From positions 7,626,001-7,690,000 of the forward strand of contig NC_042998.1 in the NCBI RefSeq assembly GCF_006345805.1: a stretch of 64,000 nucleotides of DNA, given 5' to 3'. A program made the translations under genes and the position numbers. How positions within the stretch are numbered: position 1 is the first letter of the stretch; each line of letters begins with the position of its first letter. The notes beneath the pieces were generated by a model that saw only the letters and a list, made by a program, of their open reading frames with translations, was not told the origin of the DNA and made no database searches. The stretch is from Octopus sinensis (taxonomy: Eukaryota). Below, piece by piece: positions 41,170 to 54,100 of this stretch.

Positions 41170-41595
41170 CACACACATACACACACACACACATTCTCGC
41201 ATACACATACACACACATACACACATATACACACACATTCTCGCATACACATACACACACATACACACATATACACACACATTCTCGCATACACATACAC
41301 ACACATACACACATATACACACACATTCTCGCATACACATACACACATATACACACACATTCTCGCATACACATACACACACATACACACACATGCACAC
41401 ACATTCTCGCATACACATACACACACATACACACATATACACACACATTCTCGCATACACATACACACACATACACACATATACACACACATTCTCGCAT
41501 ACACATACACACATACACACATATACACACACATTCTCGCATACACATACACACACATACACACATATACACACACATTCTCGCATACACATACA
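41170..41595. repeat. Higher-order minisatellite, about 44-bp unit, 10 copies
   Basis: The marker attctcgcat occurs at 41193, 41237, 41281, 41325, 41359, 41403, 41447, 41491, 41533 and 41577. Confidence 0.9.
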
Positions 41596-42225
41596 GTGAA
41601 ACTCATATATACTTACATGTGTGTGTTTCTGTCTGCGTTCATTTAGTCATACAAAAATACATTACCGCACAACTCTGCAAAATAACATTCTTAAGTTGAC
41701 TTCAATATTTTTTTTCTATTAAATTTCTAGTCATAAAAATCCATCCTAGGTTGGCAATAATTGCTGAATGCTCATATGGAGGTCAGATCGGTAATAATAT
41801 ATAAAATGTGTTTAATAGAAGACTTGCGGGTGCCTGTTGTAACAAACAAGTAACCATCGAACATTTGATATATGTCACCACGCCATTAACACAAAACACT
41901 TTCGATATACCTGAACGGGTTGAATGTCGTAAAGACATAACCCACTTAATACAAGCTTCTTATGTTGTTGTTCAGTCATTCGCGTTTTTCAGTTTGAATG
42001 GCTGGCTCTTATACTTACAAACATATGACCATTGTTTACATACCTAATATATCTGCTAAGGAATTGCATAATAGTTACCTATAAAGCTCAAATGGTGATC
42101 AAATTCAAAGCATAGTTAACGCTAATGTACGAGGCAAATTAGCGTTACTAATATTGAATGACGTTGGTTCTGTTTGTTCATGGAAAGTTTCAAAACACAG
42201 CGGCCATTTTTATGTTGAATGCTTA

Positions 42226-42619
42226 TACTCTTTTTACTCTTTTACTTGTTTCAGTCATTTGACTGTGGCCATGCTGAAGCATCGCCTTTAGTCGAGCAAC
42301 TCGACCCCAGGACTTATTCTTTGTAAGCCTAGTACTTATTCTATCGGTCTCTTTTGCTGAACTGCTAGGTAACGGGGGCGTAAACACACCAGCATCGGTT
42401 GTCAAGCGATGTTGGGGGGACAAACATAAACACACAAACATATATATATATATATATACGACGGGCTTCTTTCAGTTTCCGTCAACCAAATTCACTCACA
42501 AGGCTTTGGTCGGCCCGAGGCTATAGAAGACACTTGCCCAAAGTGCCAAGTAATGGGACTGAGCCCGGAACCATGTGGTTGGAAAGCAAGCTACTTATCA
42601 CACAGCCACTCCCACGCCT
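42226..42619 (-). mobile_element. SINE family A, full length (more diverged)
   Basis: Matches the family A consensus. Confidence 0.85.
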
Positions 42620-43663
42620 ATGAAAAAATGTGTATATTTGTTTGTGAAAACAAATATAAAAATTCAATTTCGCTTATGAAAATTTTTTATATTTGTGTCA
42701 AAATCGTTCACTGTATTTCCAATCCGCTAATAATATGCTCTTTGACAATACAGCGTCTATACTACTAACAGTGGTTTACATTATCACAACATTGCAACTG
42801 TTCTAGACCAGAGGCAATGAGTTAACCACAGCCATGACGGCGGCTATGGAATAACAACCAGTGACCCGCCGTTAGTAGTCAAGAACACTTACATGTGAAT
42901 TTTTCAAATAATTAGAACATAATTATAACACATTAACTAAATTATTGACGAGTGGGTCACTTTTGTATCTATTACAATAACATTGCTTTCATTCAAAAAT
43001 TGAAATCAAATCGAGATCGATCCACGAACTTCTTTAGCCTGAATGATTTTCTTTATTCTATCGCTGTTTCCCCATCTAATTCACAAAAATCATAAACACA
43101 GAGAAACAACGCCATATGAGTATTTGCTCTTGTTTCAGATTGTCTGATAGAAAAAAAATTGCTTGATAGAACCCATGTTAAATCAAGGATTTTTTTAGAT
43201 ACGATCAAGTTCAATTCTGCTTCAAGCCTATCAAAACCTCTCGGCACTAAAGAAAGCTTAATTTACAATACTGCATCTGATATAGAAATTGTTATGTGTT
43301 AGACTGTACAAGGTGATTAAGAGCCAGATTGAACATCTATACACTCGATATATAAAGTACTGTAGTTTTTGTCCTCTCCGAAATATCATATTGACAACTG
43401 CGTTGCTGCGTATCTGAGGTTACTTGTGAACATTTATAAACCAAAATTATTTTAGTTTTGAAACTTTCGGGTGATCATTATAAGCTGACCACTAAATTTA
43501 GATGCGTTAATCTCTGAGTTGAACGATAATATTTCTTGCTTTAATTTCATTATATTTCAAAGCACATCTCAAAAATTCCTGTAAGAAAAAAAAAAGACAA
43601 AAACAAAAACACATTTAATAAATAATCACGAGTCTGAAATATGAATACCATTTTGTAGTAGTA

Positions 43664-43706
<43 letters not shown>

Positions 43707-43735
43707 GGACAATGGAAAGACATTCTGTTACTAAC

Positions 43736-43869
43736 GTTGCTTCACATGTTGGCATACTACACTGCTTTCTTGTCACTATCCATCCTTGTGTTTGAACGCA
43801 ATGGCTTTGTTCCACGGGCCTTCCGGATCTTATACTGGCACATTGTAGGTCAGCTTCTTGGTAACCAGT
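43736..43869 (-). CDS. ADAMTSL1/3 (madd-4): ADAMTSL exon d: second half of a TSP1 repeat (TGYQEADLQCASIRSGRPVEQSHC...KQCSMPTCEAT)
   Basis: Acceptor ctccttag|ACT, donor AC|gttagt, 134 nt, phase 0-2; completes CSVTCG-TG. Confidence 0.88.
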
Positions 43870-44756
43870 CTAAGGAGAAAAAATAGAAGGGAAGTAGCAT
43901 ATATATATATCAAAAAGTAATTTGAAACGGTTATTTCCAAATAGTTATGGTAGAAATATAAGTCCAAATGTTTAATGCAAAACGCTATAAAAGATTAATT
44001 TGAGTAAGAAATTAGACGCTAAAACATGGTCACGAATTGTTTTATGATAGCTGCATCAATAATGGAAAATGGCTTAATTAGCAAATATCATTATAGTAAC
44101 TGCTTCATTGACAATATCAAATAACAATCGCTAATGCTATTCCCTCTCAACTACTTATCCATAAAAAGCCTAATTTGTCGATGCAGCAGTTCAAAGGCGA
44201 AGTCGGTCTTCCCTTCTAAGCTAGAAAGATGAGCTTTGAACAAGCTAATGATAATATACACATCACATTGTGTGCAGCTGATTAAAATATTTCTCAAGAA
44301 GAAAAGAAGTGTTGGCAGCTGCTAAATGCACACACACACAAGCTTATACGCACATACATGTCTGCAATTATGATCTCGATTGTATCCTCAAAATAGTTAT
44401 TCAACTCATTCGCTAACATACAACACTCGACTAGCATGCTATGATCGTCTCTTTAGTTCGGACATGGACAACCTTTTCTCGAGAAGTGGACCCATGAAAC
44501 ATAGTTTGGCTTTGCTGCATGAGACAGAGATTGTAAACAAGCCAACACCGGTTGTCAAGCAGTGGAGTGAAAACAATCATAAATACATATATACATACAT
44601 ACATATCCATACACTTACATATACACAGTTTTTCGAGTCGCCACACAGTGGAACTAAATCCAAATGTATGTGGTTGCAAAACGCGATTCTAAATCACAGA
44701 GTCGTGCCTGCGCCTATCAGCCAAAACTTCGTCAGATTATACTCTACTATCTTAGA

Positions 44757-45082
44757 AGTCTTAAGACATGGGTGGAGAACCTAAACCCACCGGCTTTTTG
44801 GTTGTATTAATGTGCGACACCTGGCGAAGGTATTAAGCATACCTGTATTTCTGTACGAAATGCTTACACACACACACACACACACTCATCCAATCACTCA
44901 CACACACATATACAGGATGCGGTGAATATATTGTCGTCTGCATTAGGCAAAAATGAAAGCAACACTGACATCTCATTTTAAAAGATATATTTACCAAGAT
45001 CACAGAAAAATATCTTGAAATACTAAAAAGCAAATTTATTCTATTAAATCGCCATTGGCTCCAACCACGGATTCCAGACAAC
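44757..45082. repeat. Direct duplicate of 47373-47718 (flank plus mariner TIR and transposase 3' end)
   Basis: Shared gtcttaagacatgggtggagaacctaaacccaccggc...tacaggatgcggtgaatatattgtcgtc...ccacggattccagacaac. Confidence 0.85.
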
Positions 45083-45345
45083 ATTAGGTAATGTGGTCCA
45101 GTGTAAATAATGCATGTGAAATACAGAGTGGTCATGGCCGGAACCATAGTTCTTAGATCGGTACTAAGTTGGTTCTAAAGAAGAAGAACGACAGCAGCAT
45201 TTCTAAAACCATATTAATGATCATAATATGAAAAAATGAAGTCCAATTAACAATAACTATAGCAATGCAGAAAGACTAATATAAAAATAACAATTAGAAA
45301 CGAAAGAGAAATAAATCTTAAAGTATCGAGGAAGAGTGCTAAATG

Positions 45346-45720
45346 AAGGTATGGCTGTGTGGTTAAGCCCGCACTGTAACTAAATGTGGTTCCGGGTTCA
45401 GTCCCACTTATACCACCTCTTGGGTAAGTGTCTTCTACTATAGCCCCAAGCCGACCAATACCATGTGGGTGAATTCATTTGATGGAAACTGTGCGGAAGC
45501 TCCTGTCGTATATATATGTATATGTTCGTATGACATTGTGTTTGTGCTTGTCCCTTCGTCGCTGGACAGCTGGTTTTGCTTTGTTTGCGGTCCTGTACCT
45601 TAGGTCTCAAAAAAGACAAATAGAATAAGTATCAGACTTTAAAAATAAGAGATAGTGGAATCGGTTTATTCGACTAAACGCTCCAAAGCAGTGCTCGAGA
45701 ATACATGCAGTCATATGAGT
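45346..45720 (+). mobile_element. Old, degenerate SINE family A-related copy
   Basis: tatggctgtgtggtt...ggttccgggttcagtcccac...gggtaagtgtcttctactatagcc...gaccaa. Confidence 0.65.
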
Positions 45721-47199
45721 GCAGCAAATAAAAGGTAAAACATAACAGGTTAATTTAAATTCCGCGAGAATGTTCCAAATAATTCTATCTATATAGTGTT
45801 TCATCTCTTCATAGTGCATTATATAAGATACATGAAAAACAAGATAACGATGTGTTCGTGATACTTAGACGCGCAATTCTATATAAAATATCGACTGTTT
45901 TCTGTGTTGTACTCAAATATTTGATATCTAATTGTTATACCCGATGAGATTAAAATAACACTCATACCGACTTCGAACGAAAGTGGAGCCTTAGTGTGAT
46001 TACCTTGCCTGTTAAAATTAGTTGTGGCCAAATTTTCTTTACAATACACATTATCATCTTTAAAACAAACGGTAAAAATTCATAGCGTGATCCCTAAGAA
46101 ATAGAATAATTATCGATGGACTTCCTTTCATCACAGATCTGTTTAATTAGCGCTGACATGGGAGTAACAACAACAGTAAAAATAATTGTTCGTAACGAAA
46201 GGCGAGGCTCTGATATTTAATCTGGAGATAGACGGTTAAATCAATTCCAATAGGTGACTGTTATTTTATTTTATCTGTTCCGGAGGAAGTAAAGGCAATG
46301 TTTATCTCGGTGGAATTTGAATGCAGAACGTAAAAGGCCAGTAGAAATACAATGAAACAACTTTCCATATGCTCTAACGATTATTCCAATCTATCTCTGT
46401 AACAACAGTGTTTTGTTTCCATATTACTATATTAGAAGGAAAGTTTCAAATTATTTCAAATAACCTTTTGTATTCGTCCGTGAGGAGGCTAAATCAAGCC
46501 GAAACAACAGTGTCTGATGATTTGCTTATGTCATTCTTTGTGCGCTCTGTGTTTTTAACATACAACATCTCTCAAGAGAAGTTTCTCCGAGACAAAATAT
46601 TACAGACAATTCGATTTGCAGAATCGTTATACCTGTGTGTTACAACTGTAGGGCTTTTACAATACTTCGCTATAAACCATATCTCCAGTCAAATTTACGC
46701 AAGAGTAAAGCCATCTTGTTTATTTCACTTCCTACTCCTCAACACCCTGTATGTAGTTTGATCATGTCTGAAACAAGGAACTTCAAACTTATTACTTCAA
46801 TATACTGGTCTATAAATAAATCTCTGTAACCGATTAAATTTCAGGCTCACACTCCACTGTGTTCCTTCCCATTGAAATTTCAATTAACTTGGATGCCGTC
46901 CGGGTCGTGTGGTTTTAATTAATTAAACATATTTTAGGGAGAGCTCACATCAGTAAGTCAATTCCTCCCACCTTATACTTATCTATTAAAGTGAAGGAGA
47001 CTCAATGTTATCAGTAAACATTGCAAAGCCATATAACGTTAAAAGAAAGCGTAGGCTTTTCACAGGAAATAGAGGATACGTTGGATTTTTAAAATATTCT
47101 TGGGTAGAATAAAAGTTATCTCTTGAAAATTTCATGTTCTGATATTGAGTTTTATTGCATAGCACTTTGCTGTCTTCATACACACACACACATACACAC

Positions 47200-47280
<81 letters not shown>

Positions 47281-47548
47281 GTGTGTGTATGTATATATAA
47301 GGGAATAGTTATATATTCTTATAAGTGTGTGTTATGTACACTGTATATATATTTGTGTACACTAACATCTGTAGTCTTAAGACATGGGTGGAGAACCTAA
47401 ACCCACCGGCTTTTTGGTTGTATTAATGCGCGACACCTGGCGAAGGTATTAATCACGTCAGCATACCTGTATTTCTGTACGAAATGTTTACACACACACA
47501 CATACACACACACACATACACACACATACACACACACACACATATATA

Positions 47549-48436
47549 CAGGATGCGGTGAATATATTGTCGTCTGCACTATGCAAAAATGAAAGCAACA
47601 CTTACATCTCATTTTAACAGATATATTTACCAAAATCACAGAAAAATATTTTGAAATACTAAAAAGCAAATTTATTCCATTAAATCGCCATTGGCTTCAA
47701 CCACGGATTCCAGACAACTTCGGAATCTTCTGCAATTCTTCTGGACGGTCCCCTTGTTTAAGTTGGTGAATGCTGCCATAATCCTTGCCTTCAGTTCATC
47801 TTTGTTGTTACAAGGAGTTTTGTTGGTCTCCCGCTAAACTGCGCTCCACACATAATAACCAAGGGGGTTGCAGTCTGGGGAGTTAAGTGGCCAGATGTTA
47901 GCGGGTGATGTGGTCGCAGAAATTGTCTGACAGCCATGACTGGGTTCTCTTGCTTGTCTGGCATGAGGCAGAGTCCTGTTGCCAGACACAGGGTCTTCCA
48001 GCAGCCAGCCTCTTGACCCAGGGCAACACTACCTCCTCCAGGCACTTGATGTAGGCATCCGTGTTGAGTGTGAGACCGTGTGGGAAGATGCATCGGGGCA
48101 TAACGTTGCCATCACTAGTGATCTCTCCAAATACCATGATGTTGACTGGATGTTTGAATTTTTCAATCTCGGTACATGTTTTGAGGACACGACAAGCCAA
48201 CGGTTGTTCTGTGCATTCACCAACTGTTCTTATTGGCGCTTCCGGTGTGAATCCCAAGCAGTACAGTATGTCGTTTCCAAATTTCTGGCAGAGTGAATTG
48301 CGTCATGGTGTTGTTTTCGTCACAGACGGTGCCCGACGGCCCCAACTATATTGTGTAGTCGACAAAATCAAAACAAACAATGCACATGCGCGAAATTAAA
48401 AATATAAAATGGCAACAATTTATCCATCTCATCCTC
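47549..48436 (-). mobile_element. Internally deleted Tc1/mariner (maT/DD37D-like) element with both TIRs
   Basis: TA|CAGGATGCGGTGAATATATTGTCGTC at 47549 and a degenerate inverse copy at 48411-48436. The minus strand encodes VMVFG-like IMVFGEITSDG...WQQDSASCQTSK...YVWSAVERETNK...LESVVEANGDLME*. Confidence 0.85.
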
Positions 48437-48450
48437 TCTGTGTGTGTATG

Positions 48451-48497
<47 letters not shown>

Positions 48498-48583
48498 CAC
48501 GTCAAATATAGAATAAAAGTTTCAAAATATTTTATCAGTGGCCAGTATATAAAAAAATACCTTTTAAGGAGAAAATTATAAAC

Positions 48584-48927
48584 AACTTATAAATAAGGGC
48601 AAAATAAAAATACCTCACTAGAAGCTGCAAAATTTCTATTTGGATAGATTTGGGGTACTTAACTGTACGCATAGCTTCGCATATGCTTGTTCCATGTGTG
48701 CAAGTAAGTATTTCATTTATTTTCTTAACGTATTTACCGCTGATGACGAGAAAATTCTTTATGAACTATCTCAGAAATCTGACCGATTCGGTAATAACGG
48801 AAATTTTAGAAATTTCTGTCACCTTGCTTCGAGACGCGTACTATTAGTAATGAATTATATGTGGTTATTGACGATTTAAAGTCTATTTAGCATAGAAGTT
48901 TTATTTTCTTTTGCCCTTATTTATAAG

Positions 48928-48929
<2 letters not shown>
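48584..48929. mobile_element. MITE-like element with 21-bp perfect inverted repeats
   Basis: aacttataaataagggcaaaa (48584-48604) and ttttgcccttatttataagtt (48909-48929). Target-site duplication not evident. Confidence 0.6.
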
Positions 48930-48985
<56 letters not shown>

Positions 48986-49607
48986 TGAAGAGAGAAAACA
49001 ACAGGGAAATATACAGGATTATATAGACAGATATATGTAAATACAAGTTTTGACATCTAAAATAAATTCTTTTATTAGATATCTAATTTATTAGCCCGGA
49101 TTTTATCGAACTGCATGTAACTGTATTTTTTTTATCCCTTAATTCTGTTAACTTCTCTCGTAATTTGGTTGCAGCCATGCTGAAGTATTGTCCTGAAGGT
49201 CTTTGTCGGTTAAACCGATTCCTAATCTATAATATAAATTGGACATGGGCGATCGTTGTATTCTTTCTTGTCTTGAGGTTCACAGCCAAACGGCTGGGTG
49301 GATTCACGTGAAAAATGGCACACATGTGGAGACGGGTGCATAGATTGGAATGCAGTTTGTATTTTTTTCCTAACCCCAATACTTACCGAGGAAATCGATT
49401 AAAACATTTTCTAATGGAATTTCCCTCTTTCTTCTGCCATTAAAACAACCAGTTGCTCAGAAGCTGTTTTCTGACGGGTCGGGATCAGGAAATGTTTATA
49501 TAGCTGGAGGCTCCAATCGAAACAGGGGACCCGAAATGATAAGGTTGACAAACGCTGTCATCGATTATGTCTAACAGAAAACGATCACAGCCACACCATC
49601 CAAACTG

Positions 49608-49636
49608 ACCGGGTGAATCCGGGATTAGCTGCTAGT
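49608..49636 (+). mobile_element. Probable Helitron 3' terminus
   Basis: Short ccgg/ccgg hairpin (accgggtgaatccggg) followed about 10 nt later by CTAG|T. The 5' end was not identified. Confidence 0.4.
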
Positions 49637-50637
49637 ATTTAATATTTTTAAAGTATGATACTTATTCTATTTCTTCCTTTTATTGGCTCAACTCGTAGTC
49701 TTAAAATTATGAAACAGATTTCATATTTAACAATTGCATTCCGAATTCTTTAGTCGAGATAATATCGAAACATTGTTCCTTTCCATGACAAAATAAACTT
49801 GAATGTTAGTACTGTTATCTAATTGTTTTTGGAATTTCGGTATGTAACCAATTTTTTGGTATACACTCCCAAACACACATACAATTATAACAAGATAAAA
49901 TTATTGTTGATATATGCGCCTAAATTATATTTAATTTCGATAAGATAATACAGAGTTGATAACCACATCTAATTACAATATACAACTTGATAATGTGGTC
50001 TTCTCGCATTTCCACTTATACATTCTCACAGAAATATACTCACATGAAAACACACACACACACACACATACATAATGCGTTTTGGCTTATATTAATTAAT
50101 ACTTGAACAGAGAGAATTATTAGTGCGTTTTAATTGTTCTAAGTATTTTCTTCCTGGTAAATATTATTCCGTCTGCTGTCAGGCGCTCCCTAAAAGTTAC
50201 AGAAATACACGCTAATATAGATAAACATTGAGAATGACATGGATACCTTTCATAGATACCACATGCACACTTGGATGTATTATATATGTATTGTCATGCA
50301 CACACATTCATGCTAGTACAAATAAAAAAATTCAGCATGAGCTTGAAAGAAAATATTATAAATTCCGTCAAATTTAAATGAAAATAGTGCAACTGAAATG
50401 TTAGCATTCATCTCTTTTTACGGCACTTACCATAGTTTCATAATGTAAAAACGTATTCAAGATTTTGCATTGCAAAAGGTTGGGCCGGAAAGGGTGTTTA
50501 TTGAACAAGCTATCACACGCTTGCGAGTGATAGCTAGATAGATGGATGGATGGATAGATAAATAGAATGATAGATAGATAGATAGATTTATACATACATA
50601 CATACATACATACATACATACATACATACATACATAC

Positions 50638-50983
50638 TGAGACTGCCGAGACCCCCTTCGGTCATGACTAACCGTGGGATTGCACCAAAAAAGTTACCCT
50701 CCCAGGCAGATGTCCGAGCAAGGTTGTATATGGAAGACCAGCAGTCAATCATGCATACTGGCCACCCTTCTCCACGCCACCAGTGTTATCCAAGAGAGAG
50801 ACAAAGGCCGATACAGCTTGGCACCTGTGACATCGCAACTCATTCCTACAGCTGAGTGAACTGGAGCAACGTGTATTAAAGTGTCTTGCTCAAGAGCACA
50901 ACACGCAGTCCGGTCCGGGATTCGAACTCACAACCTCACGATCGTAAGCCCGACGCTCTAACCACTGAGCCATGCGCCTTCAC
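50638..50983 (-). mobile_element. tRNA-derived CORE-like SINE, full length
   Basis: Minus head gtgaaggcgcatggctcagtggttagagcgtcggg...gagttcgaatcccgg; core ctcttgagcaagacactt...gctccagttcactcagctg; flanked by (CATA)n. Confidence 0.85.
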
Positions 50984-51752
50984 ACATACATACATACATT
51001 ATTCTTTATGAGAAATAGTACTGATAGTAACTTTAAAGTTTCGGTCAGATAAGCAATCATCGGACAGTCTAATGATGGCTTAGTTGGCCGGATATCCGAA
51101 GTCACCGTCAATACTATTATTGTTAAAGAATAATAAATTTATACTCTACAATCATATGCTTTTATTACAATTACTTCATCTCCAACTATATTTTAGTAAT
51201 ACAATGAGGGCTAACTCGAGAAAGGGAGCCTGCAAGTGAAATTTCAGATGTTCTGGGAAGGAAAGATTGAATATAATAGGTAGCAGATGTCCGAGAAGAT
51301 AAACACAGAATTGATGAAGAGAAGAGCACAGACGAGTGTATCACATGTGTTTGGGTTGAGGTACTATGTTAGCTCAGAGAAGGCGAAGCCATGGAAGTAA
51401 AGTACGTGTAGAAAATAAGAAGAAAGCATCTTCGTAGATTAAAGCTAATGGTTGTCGGTGAATGTTTGCCATTCAGACAAAAGGTTATCTTTTAGATGCG
51501 GTCTATGATGATTGCATGTGTACAACAAACAGCATGATTCTAAATATAGAGTAGTGTTCCGTGTCTTGTCTCAGTTAAACTTTGTAGAGATTAACTACTG
51601 CTGGGAGCTGTTTTCTAAATTTGAAGAGATTGTCTAGTCGTTGAGCAACAGTTTTTGGTGGCTACCAGTATGAATAAACATTATTTCAAATACATATATG
51701 ATCATTTCAACGGATTTTCAAAATCAAAGGTAACACAAGTGAAATTACGTAC

Positions 51753-51908
51753 GCCACATGTCACAGAACACGGAGCCCAGGTTGTCTTCCAATAGTATTT
51801 TCCTGCTTTTGTGCCTGATTTGAGATCACACGTGGCGTTAACACCGCCACAAACGCCACATATGTCCACAACAGTATCAGATCCGAATACTTTATCACAC
51901 CCGACAGG
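51753..51908 (-). CDS. ADAMTSL1/3 (madd-4): ADAMTSL exon c: end of Cys-rich region running directly into TSP1 (PVGCDKVFGSDTVVDICGVCGGVNATC...WAPCSVTCG)
   Basis: Acceptor tttgcag|CCT, donor GGC|gtacgt, 156 nt, phase 0-0 (phase fixed by the next exon). Confidence 0.92.
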
Positions 51909-52736
51909 CTGCAAAAATATAAAACTCATTTGAATGCAAATTCAATTTATCAAGTACTTGTTATAATTTGTACGTAAATTTAGTTTCGGTTTCGGCCATG
52001 CACCACACACAAACATTAGCAGTGATTAAATATATGTACACACACACACATCAATGTATGCACGTATTTATGTATGTATGTATGTGTATCAGTTACAATG
52101 CTGTCATTTTCTTGATGTATAAAATAAAGATAAATGTATAATTTATGTCATAAGTACGATTTGCTCTTAATCAACACTCGTTTGAATCCGACCAAATCGC
52201 TTAATCAAAATTAATAAGAAAAATCTTTGCTTTTCCTTAATATTATATATCAAGTAACTAATACGAAAAGAAAGGAGAAACCAACCTGATAAATGTGAAA
52301 CAACACTACTGCTGTTTCGATAATCAACAAACATCTTCCTAATTAACACTAGCAACAACGGTATTTTGGATTCAAATGTTATCACATTTTTTCTAAAGTA
52401 GTTTGTGATGTCTTCATTTAGAACTGTATCACTCTGAAGTGATGTGAAGCAGAATTACAATCTTAAGTGTTATTGTTTCTATTCCCTAACTTTTGTAGGT
52501 TCTTTAGTATCAGTTGGAAGAAAAATTACAGTTAAAAATTGTTACTAATAAATTTAACGAAATTTATAAATTATGCGCACCGTTTTTCTTAACCTGAAAA
52601 GTATCTTATTTCTCAACTACATTACGAGTAACTGCTCATTCACTATATATATATATATACCTTTTGTATGTGCGGGATGTGCGCCTGTGTAAGCGCGCGC
52701 ACATTCACACACATGCGCTTGCACACATATATATTG

Positions 52737-54100
52737 GGTGTACCAGCAAAATTGTCCAAATCTTACATTCAACTTCGAACCTGTGAATCTCTGGAATGCT
52801 TAAAGATAACTTAAAGAAATTATTAGACGTTTTTCTAATAGTAACGGATTCTACTTAGAGCTGGAAAAATGGTGATTACTCTCAAATCTCATCAGAAAAA
52901 TTGTGATAAAGTTGATTAAGGACGAAAATGACACTTCAGGATAGAGAGTTCATACGGTATTGGAATAAAATTCTAATGATAGCTTAAAGATTTATTTCAA
53001 AGTGCCAGAGACAATTTTGGCCGAAATCCTTCATGTTATGCATTAAAAGTAGCTCCTCTTTTCGCAGTGTCTTCCTCAGCCCTCTTCCTGACTGCACCAC
53101 AAGTTTTTTTAATGAATTCCTCATCAATGTTGTCCGCCCACGTCTCACGAATGGAGTTTTTGAAGGTTTGCGAGTTACTGTGAGGCTTTTCACAAGCTTT
53201 ACTGTCCAGTTCATTCCAGATGCTCAAGTGAAGGGGCCAATTACCCTATCCCAAAACTTGTTTCCAGACTCATCCCTGAGAATTGTTTGAGCCACTCCAC
53301 TTGTGTGACAAGTTCTATTTTGCTGGAATGTAAACTTAAAGTCTTTAATGATCTAGTTGGGGCTTCCCCCGTCTCTTGCCTCAAGTTATTCTAAGTCTTT
53401 ACATCTTTCAAACTCTGAACATAACAAACTCCTGTCAGTCTTTCAGCCTTCTCAGACATGACCAATGGTATCTTCTTGCAATCAAAGGCCACGCAGGCGA
53501 AAATCATTAGTTTGTCATGGTTTTTGTACCTGAAAACGACATTTTTAGTTCCCTGTTGAGGATCTGAAGTCAGAACGCAGCTGTTGCGTCTGTTTTTGTG
53601 AGTATCTTGCGTGAAATCCTTCCCATCTGTGTAAAAGGTCACTCCAGAATTATGTTTCACTTTGTTCAAGATAATCTTCACCCTCTTCAACCTCTTAACC
53701 TTTTGTCCTGGAGTAACAAGTTGCATTACAGGTCTCACGTACGATTTCATTTTCTAATCTTCTGCAACTGCTTTTTAAACGTACCAGGCGTCTTATGGAT
53801 TGAGATGGCCCTCTTCTGATTGGTGTCACCAACTCCAGATTCAAATCATGATCACTCTTGCGGTTATGACATTCTGATCCAGTTTCCCTCTCCACAATTC
53901 CCTTTTACTCAAACTTATTCACAATTCTCTTAACGGTTCTTGAATGGACTTTGAATGTAGAAGCCAGAGAAAGAATGTTGGTGCTATTACTGAAGTCCTG
54001 GATAATCTTAGCTCTCTCAACATTGCTCAGTTGGGAAGACATATTGAGGCTGGCACAAAACGATTTCAGCCTGTTCTCTTTCTAGCTAAATATCTCAATG
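52737..54100 (-). mobile_element. Degenerate Tc1/mariner (DD37D-like) transposon
   Basis: Fragmented frames: PSQSIRRLVR..., KRLKRVKIILNKVK...FYTDGKDFT (first catalytic D), KLMIFACVAFD, SIWNELDSKACEKPHSN...KNSIRETWADNIDEEFIKKTC. Boundaries approximate. Confidence 0.75.

Noticed and set aside
48735-48765. CTGATGA-CGA-GAAA as a minimal hammerhead
   Set aside because: Stems I and III cannot be formed; it lies inside a MITE-like element.
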